64,000 nucleotides of DNA from the human T2T-CHM13v2.0 reference genome, Homo sapiens. Shown here piece by piece: positions 1 through 13,471 of the stretch (positions within the stretch are counted from its first letter, which is position 1; each line of letters begins with the position of its first letter). The stretch lies in the NCBI RefSeq assembly GCF_009914755.1, contig NC_060929.1, one strand, 5' to 3'. The position numbers and the translations under genes are program-made. The notes below the pieces were generated by a model. It had not been told where the DNA came from. It did no database searches and worked only from the letters and a program-made list of their open reading frames with translations.

Positions 1-152
1 TACTGAATCAGATTAATGGAAGATAAATATTGCAGAGGGAAATGTTGGTGTATTTGAACAAATAACGATAAAGATGATTGAAAATGAAACAGGGAAAAAA
101 TAATTTTTTAAAAAGAGCCAAACATCGGTGAGTTGTGAAACAATTTAAAGCA
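1..152 (+). mobile_element. Old L1 (L1M) fragment, ORF1-like region
   Basis: A-rich text ending ...AACATCGGTGAGTTGTGAAACAATTTAAAGCA resembles degenerate L1M ORF1; L1 sequence resumes after the LTR at ~1262. Confidence 0.5.
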
Positions 153-431
153 TCTGGCTCCTGCAGGGTGCATAGCTTCCCCAGTGCCCACCTTCTGCAG
201 TGTAGATGGAGCCTCCTGCAGTGACCTCCTGAAGTGTGGCCAGCTTCTCTAATGGTGTATCTGGCTTCTGCAGTGTGTAGCTGTCAACAGCACTCGGGTG
301 CCAGCAGCTTCTTCCAACTCCCCCTCAGCAGTTTTATAGGGGACTACCTCTACCAAGACAGCTCCCCATCAACAGCTTTCCCTAACAACCTGGAAAGGAG
401 ATTTTTGGCAAGTTTTGGATGGTAGATTTCT

Positions 432-740
432 TTTCTTTCTTTTTTCTTTTTTTGAAACAGAGTCTCTCTTTGTCACCTAGGCTGGAGTGCAGTGGCAAAA
501 TCTAGGCTCACTGCAGCCTCAACCTCCTGAACTCAAGCTATCCTCCCATCTCAGCCTCTTAAATAGCTGGCATTAAAGGCGTGCACCACCAGGCGTATAC
601 CAGCTAATTTTTTTATTTTTTGTAGAAATGAGGTCTCACTGTGTTGCCCAGGCTGGTCTGGAACTCCCAGGCTTAAGCCATCATAATCTCTCAGCCTCCC
701 AAACTGCTGGGATTACAGACCTGAACCACCGTGCCTAGCC
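432..740 (-). mobile_element. AluJ
   Basis: Antisense Alu dimer; perfect 17-bp TSD TTGGATGGTAGATTTCT at 415-431 and 741-757. Confidence 0.95.
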
Positions 741-891
741 TTGGATGGTAGATTTCTATCAACTTTTGTTGGCATGGTACCACAGTGGCTTTTCTGCCAT
801 TGGTAAACCACAACCATGCCCTGTCTAACAAGGTCTGGATCTTAGCTCCACAGTAGTTGTGAATCCTTATAGGAAACAGTTCTGCATTTCC

Positions 892-1244
<353 letters not shown>

Positions 1245-1261
1245 TAAACTCTGACTAATAT

Positions 1262-2806
1262 ACTTCCTAACTCATTCTATGAGACTGTTATTACCCTGAT
1301 ATTAAATAAAATGAAGGCAACATAAGAAAAGTACAAAATTATGTCCTTCATAATTATAGATACAAAAATTATAAATAAAATTTTAAGAAATCAAATGCAA
1401 TCTGTCAAAAAGGTAATATATTATGTCCAGTAGGGCTTATCCAAAGAATGCAAAATTGGTTCAATATTTAAATGTAATTGAACATTATATCAAACTAAAA
1501 ATGAAAAATCGTATGATAATCTTAATACAGAAAAGACAATTTACTAAATCCACTATCTATTCCTGAAAAATACTCTCAGCAAACTAAAAGAAGCAAAATT
1601 CCTAAACCTAATAAAGGTCATCTATAAAACAAACAAATAAATAAAAAATAAATAAATGTAAAACAGTTATTATAGCTATGTTCCCTATGTTCAAAAGTTG
1701 TCATAAAAAATTCTAAATTGAAATTCTAGAGATGAAAACTCGAATGTATGAGCTAGTCTGCAGCTAATATCGTGCTTAATGATGAAAGATAATTTACCTC
1801 TGAAATCACTAACAAAACAAGAATGGCCACTTCAGCCTCTGGTCCAATATGGATAGAACCTGTGAGAACGGACCTGTGCATACTAGTGCACTCAGACTAG
1901 AAAAAGAAGTAAAAGGTATCTAGATGGGAAAGAAACAAATAAAACTGTTTTGTTTCTCAGACAACTTGATAATCTGATGGAATGTATTAAAAAATGACTA
2001 AAGCTAATAAGTGAGTTCAAAGGCTGGGTGTGGTGGCTCACTTCTGTGGTGCCAGCTCCAGCTTGAGCCGAGAGGATTGCTTGAACCCAGGTGTTTGAGG
2101 TTGCAGTGGGCTCTGATCATACCACTGCACTCCAGCCTGCATAACAGAACTAGACCCTGTCTCAGAAACGAACTACAACAGAAAAATGAGTCCAGCAAGA
2201 TTGCAAGATACAAGACCGATATACAAAATCAATCATATTTCTACACACTAGTAGTGAATATCCAGAAATTGAAATAAAGAATACCATTTACACTAGCATC
2301 AAAGCATGAAATACTCAGGGATAAATCTGACAAAATATGTACAAGACCCAAACCCAGGATGCCACAAAGCATTTCTAAGAGAAATTAAGGAAGACCCACA
2401 TAATGGAGAGCTCTATCATGTTCATGAGATGGAAGAATCAACATTGTTAAAATGTTAATCTCCCCAGATTAATCTATTGATTCAATGCAATGCCAGTCAA
2501 AATCCCAACAGTCTTCTTTGTAGGAATTGACAAACTGATTTAAAATTCATATAAAAATGCAAAGGATCTAGAACAGCCAGAACAGCACTGACAATGTCTT
2601 TATAGAAATGTAAATTACTTTCGGGGGTGGGGAGGAATTTCAGAAGGGCAGGAGGAAACTTTTTGGGGTGATGGATATGTTCATTCTCTTAATTGTAGTG
2701 ATAGTTTCACAGATGTATACCTATGTCAAAACTTACCAGATTGTACACATAAATAGGTATAGTTTTAAAAATGTGTCAATTATACCTCAATAAATCTGTT
2801 TTAAAA
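1262..2806 (+). mobile_element. L1M ORF2 remnants plus L1MC/MD-type 3' end
   Basis: CTAACTCATTCTATGAG, CAAGATTGCAAGATACAAG, TTCAATGCAATGCCAGTCAAAATCCCAACAG; 3' UTR ends TCAATTATACCTCAATAAATCTGTTTTAAAAA. Confidence 0.85.
2022..2166 (+). mobile_element. Alu monomer (FRAM-like) inside L1
   Basis: GGCTGGGTGTGGTGGCTCAC...CACTGCACTCCAGCCTG, single arm. Confidence 0.8.
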
Positions 2807-3350
2807 AGGAAGGAGCACATTAAGAAATCTTTCACTGAGAAAGGTTTACGAGACAGAGGAATTTCTAATGATAGAACTTAGACACTAGGGTATACATATG
2901 GGGATATGTGGAGGATGGAGACAGACAGTTATCTCCATGTCTCTGAATTACAGATACCTTTTTATGGTTAACATTGATGCAGCTAGCCCTTTCCTACTAT
3001 TATTGCTCTTCTCCAACCTTTTTCTTTCCATCTCTTCATTTGCATCCATGAAAGGAAAACATTTCTGAGCAGGCTTGTGATGGGTGAAAGATGTGAAGAA
3101 TTGTTTTCTTGATAGGGACAACTATACTACTCCTTTCCTGTTCTTGAAAACCCACTGTGTATACACAAGTTATTTGGAACACAAGCCACTTTGGAGATTG
3201 ACCCCATAAAGGGAAAGGATGAATGGATCATAACTAGGTTTCACAGGGGGCCTCAAACTAACTTATTTTCTTTTTCTTCCATCATCCCTCCATTGCTCTC
3301 TTTATTTATTCCATCCTTTTTTTCTTTTCTTTTTTCTTTTAATATGGCTT

Positions 3351-3879
3351 TGAAGGAAACAAAAACGGTTTACCCCAAAATAAACTTCTCTGACATATTT
3401 TGAGATGGCTGTTCAGAGAGCCTGCAAAGCTGTCTTTTGTGGGGGAGATTGGCGTCTGTAGAGAATCTGCAGTGATGCTTCCAGGCTTTCTGCAAGGGCC
3501 TCCCTTGTCTGGATCTAGGAAAGACTAACTGAGAGTCTGACCCTTAAAGGTCTGAAAGAAACATTTGCCATCTATTCTCTCTAAAGGCTGCTACCTGTGA
3601 GGTTTCATCTGTATAACAAGACCACTTTTGCTAGCCAGGCCTCCTCTTCTCCACCTCCCGTATCTGTCTTGCCACTATAATCTGATTTACCATCATAACC
3701 TGTTTTGGGCCATGCTCTGAGTTCCCATTCTTTATGTAACCTCAGGATGGTATATAAGCTTCTGTATCCCTTTGGGGGGCTTGGGATAACCACTCTGTGG
3801 TTTTTCTCATGCACGTTAATAAATTTGTGTGCCATGTCTCCTATTAATCTGCTTTTTGTGTATTGATTTTTCAGTGAAC
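3351..3879 (+). mobile_element. ERV1 solo LTR, MER34/MER39 group, 3' end truncated
   Basis: TGAAGGAAAC...TACCCCAAAATA start, GTATATAAG TATA, AATAAA at ~3818; clearly homologous to 11579-12148. Confidence 0.75.
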
Positions 3880-4120
3880 AATCTATGGCTTCATCATCTT
3901 TTCCTATCTAATCATTGAGAAATTGTTGATAGATTGGGGAATGAGATGGTACGAAGTTGAATATATGTACCTGTTTTCTAAATTACTTTTATATTTAAAT
4001 GTATGCTTCGTTCATGGATAAAATCTTCTCAGCCAGAGGAAATTTAGAAATGCAGATATTCTTGAGTTGATAATGTTGGAGCTCAGAAATATACCCCAGA
4101 ATATGGCACTTTGACATGCT

Positions 4121-5012
4121 GCACTTGTTCTTAGATCTCGTACAAGAATTCAAGGAAAGTCCATAGAGTAAAGTGAAAGCAAGTTTATTAGGAAAGTAAA
4201 GAAATAAAAGAATGGCTACTCCATAGACAGAGCAGCCCTGAGGGCTGCTGGTTGCCCATTTTAGTGCTTTTCTTGTCCTGTCTTTTCTTTTCTCTCCCCT
4301 TCCCTTTGCCCTTCCCCTTTCCCTTCCCCTTCCCCTTCCCTTCCCTTTCCTTTTCTGACAGAGTTTTGCTCTTGTCGCCCAGGCTGGAGTGTGATGGCAT
4401 GATCGTGGCTCACTGCAACCTCCGCCTTCCAGGTTCAAGTGATTCTCCTACCTCCACCTCCTGAGTAGCTGGGACTATAGGCCTGCACCACTATGCCTGG
4501 CTAATTTTTTCTATTTTTAGTAGAGATGGAGGGGTTTGACCATGTTCGCCAGGCTAGTGTCGAACTCCTCTGAACTCAGGTGATCCACCCTCCTTGGCCT
4601 CCCAATGTGTTGGGATTACAGGCATGAGCCACTGCACCTGGTACTTATTTCTTGATTATATGCTAAATAAGGGGTGGATTGTTTATGCCTTTCCTTTTTA
4701 GACCATATTGGGTAAATTCCTGACATTGCCATGGCATTTGTTAATTGTCATGGCATTGGTGGGAGTGTAGCAGTGAGGATGACCAGAGGTCAGTCCTGTG
4801 GCTGTCTTGGTTTTGGTGGGTTTTAGCTGGCTTCTTTACTGCAATCTGTTTTATTAGCAAGGTCTTTATGATCTGTATCTCATGCTGACCTTTCATCTCA
4901 TCCCATGACTTAGAATGCCCCAACCATCTAGGAATGCAGCCCATTAGGTCTCAGCCTGATTTTATTCAGCTCTGTTTAAGATGGAGTTGCTCTGTATCAC
5001 ATGCCTCTGACA
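4121..5012 (-). mobile_element. MER41A LTR (contains an Alu)
   Basis: GAATGGCTACTCCATAGACAGAGCAGCCC, GATGGAGTTGCTCTG...GCCTCTGACA match MER41 antisense; lacks the GAS-containing block of MER41B. Confidence 0.9.
4270..4641 (-). mobile_element. AluS with (AAGGG)-type tail
   Basis: Antisense Alu 4356-4641; tail converted to CCCTT/CCCCTT repeats at 4282-4355. Confidence 0.92.
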
Positions 5013-8000
5013 AACTGAACAAGAAGCCACAAGGTCTCTGTGACCTTTTCTCGCAAACTTCCTGTCTCTCAATCTTCTGTCTGTCCCAAAGAACAGGATG
5101 AAGTTGTTCTCTGAAGTTTCTTATCTGCCTAAAATCTGTACCTGCCAAAGAAGAAGACAATTACCTCTAGCCTCTTCCCTACGTTTTCATTAACTGACCT
5201 CATATTACAGGAAGGATGACCGAAGTCTGTCAACAAACCTGGACAGACATTTGTCACAAATCATTGCCCTCTCTGTGGCCCCAACAGACTTTGTCACAGG
5301 CTGTTGTATCTTCTTCAAGCCTACTGAATTCCCCTAAATATCCTTTACTCTCTCCCTAAAATTATCCGCACTTCCCCTATCTTCCTTTTCCCTCAGAAGT
5401 TGGGTATATAAACCTGTGTGACCCATTGGGATTTTATATAATCACTCTGTGATTCTTTCCTGTACATGCTAATAGATTTGTGTGCCTTTTCTCTTATTAA
5501 CCTACCTTTTGTGTGTTGATTTTTCCATGAACCTTCTGAGGGCTCTTTACTCCTACAATAAACTACAATAAGTACTCAAATAATGTGGAAGGAAGATATC
5601 ATCTTTGCCTAAAATGACAAAGAATAATTAAAGCAGGCATTTTGAGGTTTCAAGGTCTAGATTTTTGCTTTTCCCATTTGGTTTAAAAGAAATACTCACT
5701 GCAACTAAAACCTTTTCTAACTCTTTTCTTTTGCCTAGATAAAAAAGAGAAAGTAAGTTTAGTTAAAAAAAAATTAATCAGAAAATGAATACTGACTTTA
5801 GTCTGAACATATTCCAGGGGATTTCAACTTGAAATTAACTTAAAATTCTATTACAGCATTAATATTGAGTATCTGCATAGCACTATATTGCTCAGAGCTT
5901 CATAAGCATCTGAGTTATGCCCTTTTATCACTTTTCAAATTCCATTTATTCATTATCAAGTTCCAAGAATCTTGTTTAGTGACTAATATTTCATTCTACC
6001 GGATGGTACTCTGGTACTGAGAAGAGAAAAAGTTTAGCTCCTTGAGCTATTTCTCCAGAGGAATATGGACTCTACTTCTATAGTTTACTGTGAAGAAGAA
6101 GCTGTATTTTTATGTTCATGTCACAGCTGTGCTAAGGCTTAAAGGAAGAATTTGGCAACATGCTGACTCACCAAAGAGATTTTACAGTAGACACTGGTTC
6201 GTAAGGACTATGTGCTCTGGTAAAATTAAATAGTAAACGGATGCTTAGCATTCCCAGTGCTTCTGCCATGGGCCTTCTACTTCATTCTGTATTAAGGGCA
6301 GGGAGGGTTGGGAATTATTTTAGGCCCTAAGCAGTTCCGTGAAGATGAAAGACATCATCACTAACATTATTCATGAAAAAATATGAAAGGTCATCTATCT
6401 CCCTTAAGGTTCATTTGGTGCACTTTTAATGAGTGATGGATGAACTGCAAAGGGTTTATTGCAGAGGGGCTGTGCCCTGTAAAAGTTTGGATGACTGTTG
6501 CTTCTCTGAAACTTATCCACACATTTTCCCCAGTTTCTCCCCGTCATGGATTTTCCAGCTGATGGCCTTCAGACTTTCTCATTTTCTTTCTTCTTTGGCA
6601 CTTTGGAAATCTTACTTCCTTCAATGTTTTCTCTGCTAAGATATTTGTTTCCATACTTTTTTTTTTGATTGCCTGAGGTAAATGGAGCTTTCCTAGGGTT
6701 AAATCGATCCCAGTGACTTATTTCTTAGGCCAAGGTTAACTTTTCTTGATCTAGCCTTTTAACCAGTTTAGCTGAGTACTCTCCCCCATGTTCCATTCCT
6801 GCTTTCCTTCATTCCTTCTTCTATCTATGACCTCTACTCTGTTCTACCTAATGTTTCCTGCCTCAGCTCCACCTTCTTTGTTCCTCTACATTTCTAAACA
6901 ATCTGGATTTACCTTCCTTTTCCAGTTTATTATCTGTTTACTTATGGAGGAAAAGAGATAGGCAGGGTAGAGTCTTACCTGGGACAGCCAAGAATTCTGC
7001 AAGGTCAAGTCACTGTAAAAAGAGGAGAATCTAAAAGCATAGAGAAACTCTCTTGGAGATGGGCAGGGCTTTGGCTTAAGGACCAAAAGCATGAGCTGGA
7101 ACAACACAAGTGGGTGAGAATGGGAAAGGGCCAATCAGAGGAAAGTGTCACAGGCTATCAAACTGTTGAGACTGAAAGAAAGGAATTGGGAATGGGATGC
7201 TCATTCAAAATAAATGGCATTTAGGAAAGAACGTGGTTCATCTCAAGCTATGAATGAGGTTAGGCTTGAGAGCGAAGGCAGTCTCATGGATAAAATCCAG
7301 ACATGGGGATCTGGCTGTCAATCATCTGGGTCCCCAGGAGAGTCACTTAATTCAGGCATGCAGCTAATTGGGCTATATTAAATGACTCACCTGCTCATGG
7401 TGGGCAGTTTCTATAAGTTCATACTGGGTCTGGCAATGCCCAAGTGTCTGTAGGCAAGTGGGGCCAAGGCCACAGAATCTCTGGTTTCCCAGCTTTTGCT
7501 TAAACTCTTACACGTGTGGTAGGGTGCCAATATAGTAAGACCAAAGTAAACAACGCTCTACATGTTGGCATTTGGCAATGTGTACCATCTAGAAATCAAA
7601 TACAGAGTCTATGAAACCAAATGAAGGAGGTCAAACTTACCAGGAGAAAGTAGTCATGAAAATATATACTGAGATTAGATATTTCTAGAAGTGATTTAGA
7701 ACTCAGCTCTTTTTTTTTTGAGTATATGCATAATTTTGTTCTTTTTAAGAAAAAGTGTCAACCAATTGCACACATAGCTACCCTTGCTTAATGCATCACT
7801 GTAAATATACACACACGTGTGTGTGCATTCTTGTGAGTATACTCATTTTTGTGTGGGCAGGCTCAGGCGTCATATGTGCAGTGGTGTGTGTATTATAGCA
7901 ACAGAACAGCTGCTTTTCAGAACTCCCTTTCTTGATCAGTCACACTGGTGACAGATTTCTGTGATCCTTCTTAGGGAAACATTTGAGTTTGCCTGCCTAC

Positions 8001-8274
8001 CCTGCCAGGCTCCCTAAGCTGCTCTAGTTATTCTTGTTGCCAGTCCAGGTTTACCTCCTAGCACTTCACAGTCTAGGTCCTAATTTTCTAGTGCTGATTC
8101 AAAGTCAAAGTGAGTACCTAGAAGAGCGGGCACATCTAGTGCAAGACTATCCTCAACAAAACTGTAACAGGGAATCTATCTGTGTTCAGTGTTGCTCCCC
8201 TGAACACCGTGCTCTTCACTCAGCCTTCACACCCCTCACATGGTATTCTATTTAAAAAAATAATAATAATGTGA

Positions 8275-8753
<479 letters not shown>

Positions 8754-8774
8754 CCAGTCATAGTATTCTTGTTG

Positions 8775-8928
8775 TTTCTCTTTCTTCTCTTCTTTCTCCC
8801 TTCCTCCTTTCCTTCCTACCTTTTTTCCTTCCTTTCTTCTTTCTCCCTTCTCTCTTTCCTTTCTCTCTCTTTCTGTTTTATCTCTCTCTCTGACATACAC
8901 ACACACGTGCATGCACACACACACGCAT

Positions 8929-8970
<42 letters not shown>
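8775..8970. repeat. CT-rich low-complexity tract followed by (CA)n/(CG) microsatellite
   Basis: Direct reading. Confidence 0.95.
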
Positions 8971-8974
<4 letters not shown>

Positions 8975-11578
8975 CCCAGTTCAGGGCTCTCAGGGCTTTG
9001 ATTTCTGCCAGGTGGTCTTAGGAAACTCTTTAGTGTAGGTATTCACTGACCTTGCAAAGGGCATATGGATACCAACAGGTTGATAGATACTAACAGATTA
9101 AACATTTTCCTTCCTGGGTAATATATTTGCATAACCATAGATGCCTATCTTAACCAAAGACTGGCTCAAAGATTTCAAAGTTTGTTTCAACTTAGAAACA
9201 AACAAACAAACCAAAAAATCTGATGCTTAAGTGTGTAAGGGGTGGGGAGAGCAAATATTTGAGGAAGACAAACCTTTGAGGGCCTACAGCATCCCCCACA
9301 AAGGCCCAGTTGTCCATGATTGAAGTCAGCAGTGCAGAGACTCAGCTGATCAAAGAGAAGATGAGGCTGCTTTCGAACTATAAAGGAACCATGGCCCTCA
9401 TCTGGTAAATCAGCATTGATCTGTCATGGTATCTCCTTGCAGTATAAATTGATAAGGGAGGATCATGCATTAAACCATCTGCTTCAAAAAGTTTAACTTT
9501 CTTTCTTAGGGGAGCAGTTCTAGGTTAGGATCATAATGGAGTATTAACTTGTTTTATGGTATATACCAGGATATTTTTCATTCTCCTTGCCAGAATAGGC
9601 AGCTGTCTTTACCAATAAATCTTGTGAAGTTTTCCACTTTTGGGAAATCATCTGATTCAAAGCAGAACTGTTCTTATAACTTCAGGAAACAAATTAAAAA
9701 TCTGCTCTATTTTAAATACCCTTAGAGCAAAACATGTTGAAAAATCTTATTTAGTATTTCATGCCTAACATTATTTGCATTAAGAAGGCTCCTCCTAAAA
9801 GCTAACTCAAATCTTTTTGCAATAATTTAAGCCATTTTCTGGGCATGGCTGAAGTGAGAGTTAAAAACTTTCGTAAATCCCTTTTGCGGCTTGAAGGAAG
9901 CCAATATGTCTACAGAGAATTTAGGAGGATACAAGATGTCCTTAGAACCTTTCTGGTCCTGACATCTATTCATTTGGAACACTTTTCTTGTGATCTTTTG
10001 GGATTCTGGGTCTCCTTATAAATGACTTCTGAAGAAGGGACAGACAGCAATAGGGTAACAGAGAGCAAAGAGGCTCCGTACTATTTTTTGACTTTTCTGA
10101 CCACTGTGAAATTGAGGATACATTGTTTTGGAAAAGAAATTCCTTGGGTGACTTCAGCTGTGTTAGTGGGGCAGGACTCCAATGAGTTCTCCACTGTAAA
10201 ATAAGAGGGCTATGCTGGGTGGCTGATAAGATCTGGCCACTAGCTGCCGGTCCCCCAGCCATTTCCTGGCCTCTGCATTAACCTCAGCAATGCTTTTTCT
10301 GTAAATGCTTCCTCTACCGGGTTCCCCAGTCGGCTATGAACTCAGGCAGCTCAATTCAGGGGTTGTGTGAGGAGGCAGGCTTGCCTATGGGAGCCCAGCA
10401 GCAACCATAGAAGAACTGATTAGCTTTTAATAGCAGACCTCCGCCAGACAGGCAGGAGTCTAAAGAGTAAATAGAGGTGCTGGCCCTGGAATTTTTTTAA
10501 AGGCCCCAGAGGGATTTGTTCACCGGCGTTTGAATTTCTACAGAAAGGCTCTGTGAAGCTCTAAATTAAACCAAGCTGACCCCTTTCACAACCCAAGTTA
10601 TTTACAGTTCACAGGTCTTTGGAGAGCTCTAGTTTGCATGCAGTTGAAAATGGGTCCCTGGTTGGCAAAGGTAGCCTACTGTGGTGCTATTTGCATTACA
10701 CTACCTTGCTTTCCTTTGGTGTGGGAGAAAGCTCTGGAATGGAAGCCAAAAGATGTGGTCTAGTTGTAAACATGCCTTTGTTTTTCAGCAAAGGAATGGC
10801 GCCGGTAGAAATAACCAAAAAAGAGCCCGCTACTAGAAAGCAAATAACTGAGTTCTCTCTGTAATTAAATGCATTCCTCAGAATAATAACTAAGTAGTAG
10901 GAAGGAAACCAAGCAACACCCCCTCCCCACCACTGCAACTGATTTCCTTTGCAGCTTTAACAATCAGATCAGTCAAGAAGACTGGCACTGATTATAGCAC
11001 TCAGTTTCCCCATTTTGCTCCATACTGGGAGAGTAATTAAGTTAAATTGCTTTCAGTGCCTGAGATCTGGTTTGTGTCAAAGTCAAATAAAGTGCTGGTT
11101 CAAGTTTGTTCATCAGCACCTTGAACTTACCCCTGGCCCTCACTTGTATAAAACCATGGCAAGGTTTTGTACCATGGCAAGTGTTGGATAGAGAAATTTT
11201 GAAACCCCACAATAACCTCATTTCCTATGAGAAATGTGGCATGTGTCTCTCTTTCTCAAGACTGGTAAACTTGGTTTGGTGGATATTTAGGAGAAACTTT
11301 TTGTGATCTATCAAATAAAAGAAGACAGCTTGCCAAGACACAAGCCCAAGTTTAGTCACAATTACTGAAAACTGGATTTCGTGGGAAGAAAAGTACAACA
11401 AAACTTGTAATCTGGAATTAGGAGAAATGTGAAGGTAAAAAGATTGATACGTTATGTTTAGGAGAAAATGAGGTGATCTCATACTTCCCTCCCTTTCTTC
11501 TTTATCTCCAGCTGAGTCTAAAACACATCATTCTCCCTCTTCTGGGTAGGAAAGTATACTAGGCATGGATATTGGTAG

Positions 11579-12148
11579 TGAAGGAAATAAAAATATTTTA
11601 CTCCAAAATATACCTGTCTGACTTATTTTGAGATGGTTGTTCAGAAGGCCTGCAAAGCTGTCTTTTGTGGGAGAGATTTGCATCTGTACAGAAAATCTGC
11701 ATTAATGCAGCCAAGTTTCTCTGAGACCTTCCCTTTTCCAGATCTAAGAAAGATTTAGGAGAGAAAGTGTGACACGTTTAAATATCTGAAAGAAACATTC
11801 ACTCTCTATTCTCTCTGAGGGCTGCTCCCGGTGAGATTTCATCTGTATAACAAGACCTCCTTTGCTAGCCAGCTCTTCTCCCCAGCCCATAACCTGTGTG
11901 GCCACTGGAATCTGATTTGCCACAATACTCTGTTTTTGGCCATGTTCTGTGCTCCCATTCTTTCTGTAGCCTCAAGGTGGTACATAAGCTTCTGTACCCC
12001 ACTGGGGGGTTGTGATCACTCTGTGATTCTCTCCTATGTGCACATTAGTAACTTTGTATGTATTTTCTCCAGTTAATCTGTCTTTTGTCAGTTTTTTTTT
12101 CAACAAACCTGTAGAGGGCAAAGGGGAGGCTTCCCCTTGGCCCCTGTA
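11579..12148 (+). mobile_element. ERV1 solo LTR, MER34/MER39 group
   Basis: TGAAGGAAATAAAAATATTTTACTCCAAAATAT start; homologous to 3351-3879; ends CCTTGGCCCCTGTA. Confidence 0.78.
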
Positions 12149-12334
12149 ATCGTGATGGTAGTGTGTGTGCGTGTGCGGAGAATGATTGGAGTGTGAAGGA
12201 GGGCTGGCAGGTAAAAGGACTGCAAGAGAGAGAGAGAGAGAAGCCATAATTTGGATCTTTAAGTGATTTGTACTTTATCTGGAAACTATGACAAACACAT
12301 AGGAAAATGGCATGACAACATATTCATGCAGAAG

Positions 12335-12420
12335 GATGTATCTTCAGTGTCTGACACGTGGTAGACACTTAACATTCATGGAATGAATGAATGAATGGGT
12401 AGAATAGGATGGATGGATGG
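12335..12420 (+). mobile_element. L2 3' end
   Basis: GTGTCTGACACGTGGTAGACACTTAA...GAATGAATGAATGAATG. Confidence 0.6.
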
Positions 12421-13089
12421 CGAGAAAGCCAACTATAGGAGAAGAGAGTACAGTCACTAAAGCATTTGCTGGAAATAAAATTAATTGTCCATCTCCCACT
12501 GGGAAGAAAACCTTGGGCCATATTCCTTAGCAGTATGGCTAAATTTGGATGAGCATAAGTATTGTGTAAATAGATTATGTAGTGTAGATAAGCAAGCCCT
12601 TTTTTTCCCTATGAGTTAAAATTACACTCATTTCAGTTCAAGGCAAAAATAATTTTATGCATATGATACAGAAGTTAAATGACAAAATGTAGAAATTGTA
12701 GTGTGCTAGTTTTCCATATGAAGTGTTAAGTTGGGGCATACATGCAGAAAATAAGATAGGTAGGCAGTGGAGAAAGCAGTTACCAAATGGATAGAAACTG
12801 AGCCCTAACTATGAGGGGAAAACAAGTCTATATTGTTGTTTAACTCCTACACTGGAGGTATCAACATGGCTATACACAGTTTTTCTGAACCTGTGTAGGA
12901 CTCTCTTCTCAATCCTTAGCCATCCAGTTCAGATGTTCTCTCTGACTATATAGTCATTCCTTTTTCTCTGGTGCCCCAGGGCTTCTGGTATTGCATTGTG
13001 ATTATTTGCCTTCTTTTGCAAGAGCAAGAATACAGTACATTATAGCGGTCAGTAAGAGTTTGTTTATTATAGGCCAGGAATTGTGCTAG

Positions 13090-13402
<313 letters not shown>

Positions 13403-13471
13403 CAAATAAACCGTCTTATATCATCTTTGCAATGACTTATTTATTCTCATTTTGTATATGAGGGGACCTAG

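Larger units (their letters stand above)
4074..5557 (+). mobile_element. ERV1 solo LTR (MER39/MER34 group) interrupted by MER41A
   Basis: TG...CA termini (TGTTGGAGCTCAG / CTCCTACA), 4-bp TSD ATAA at 4070-4073 and 5558-5561. Confidence 0.8.

Noticed and set aside
3995-4438. 147-aa ORF with GKGKG/RGRG run
   Set aside because: Alu plus microsatellite plus MER41 read-through
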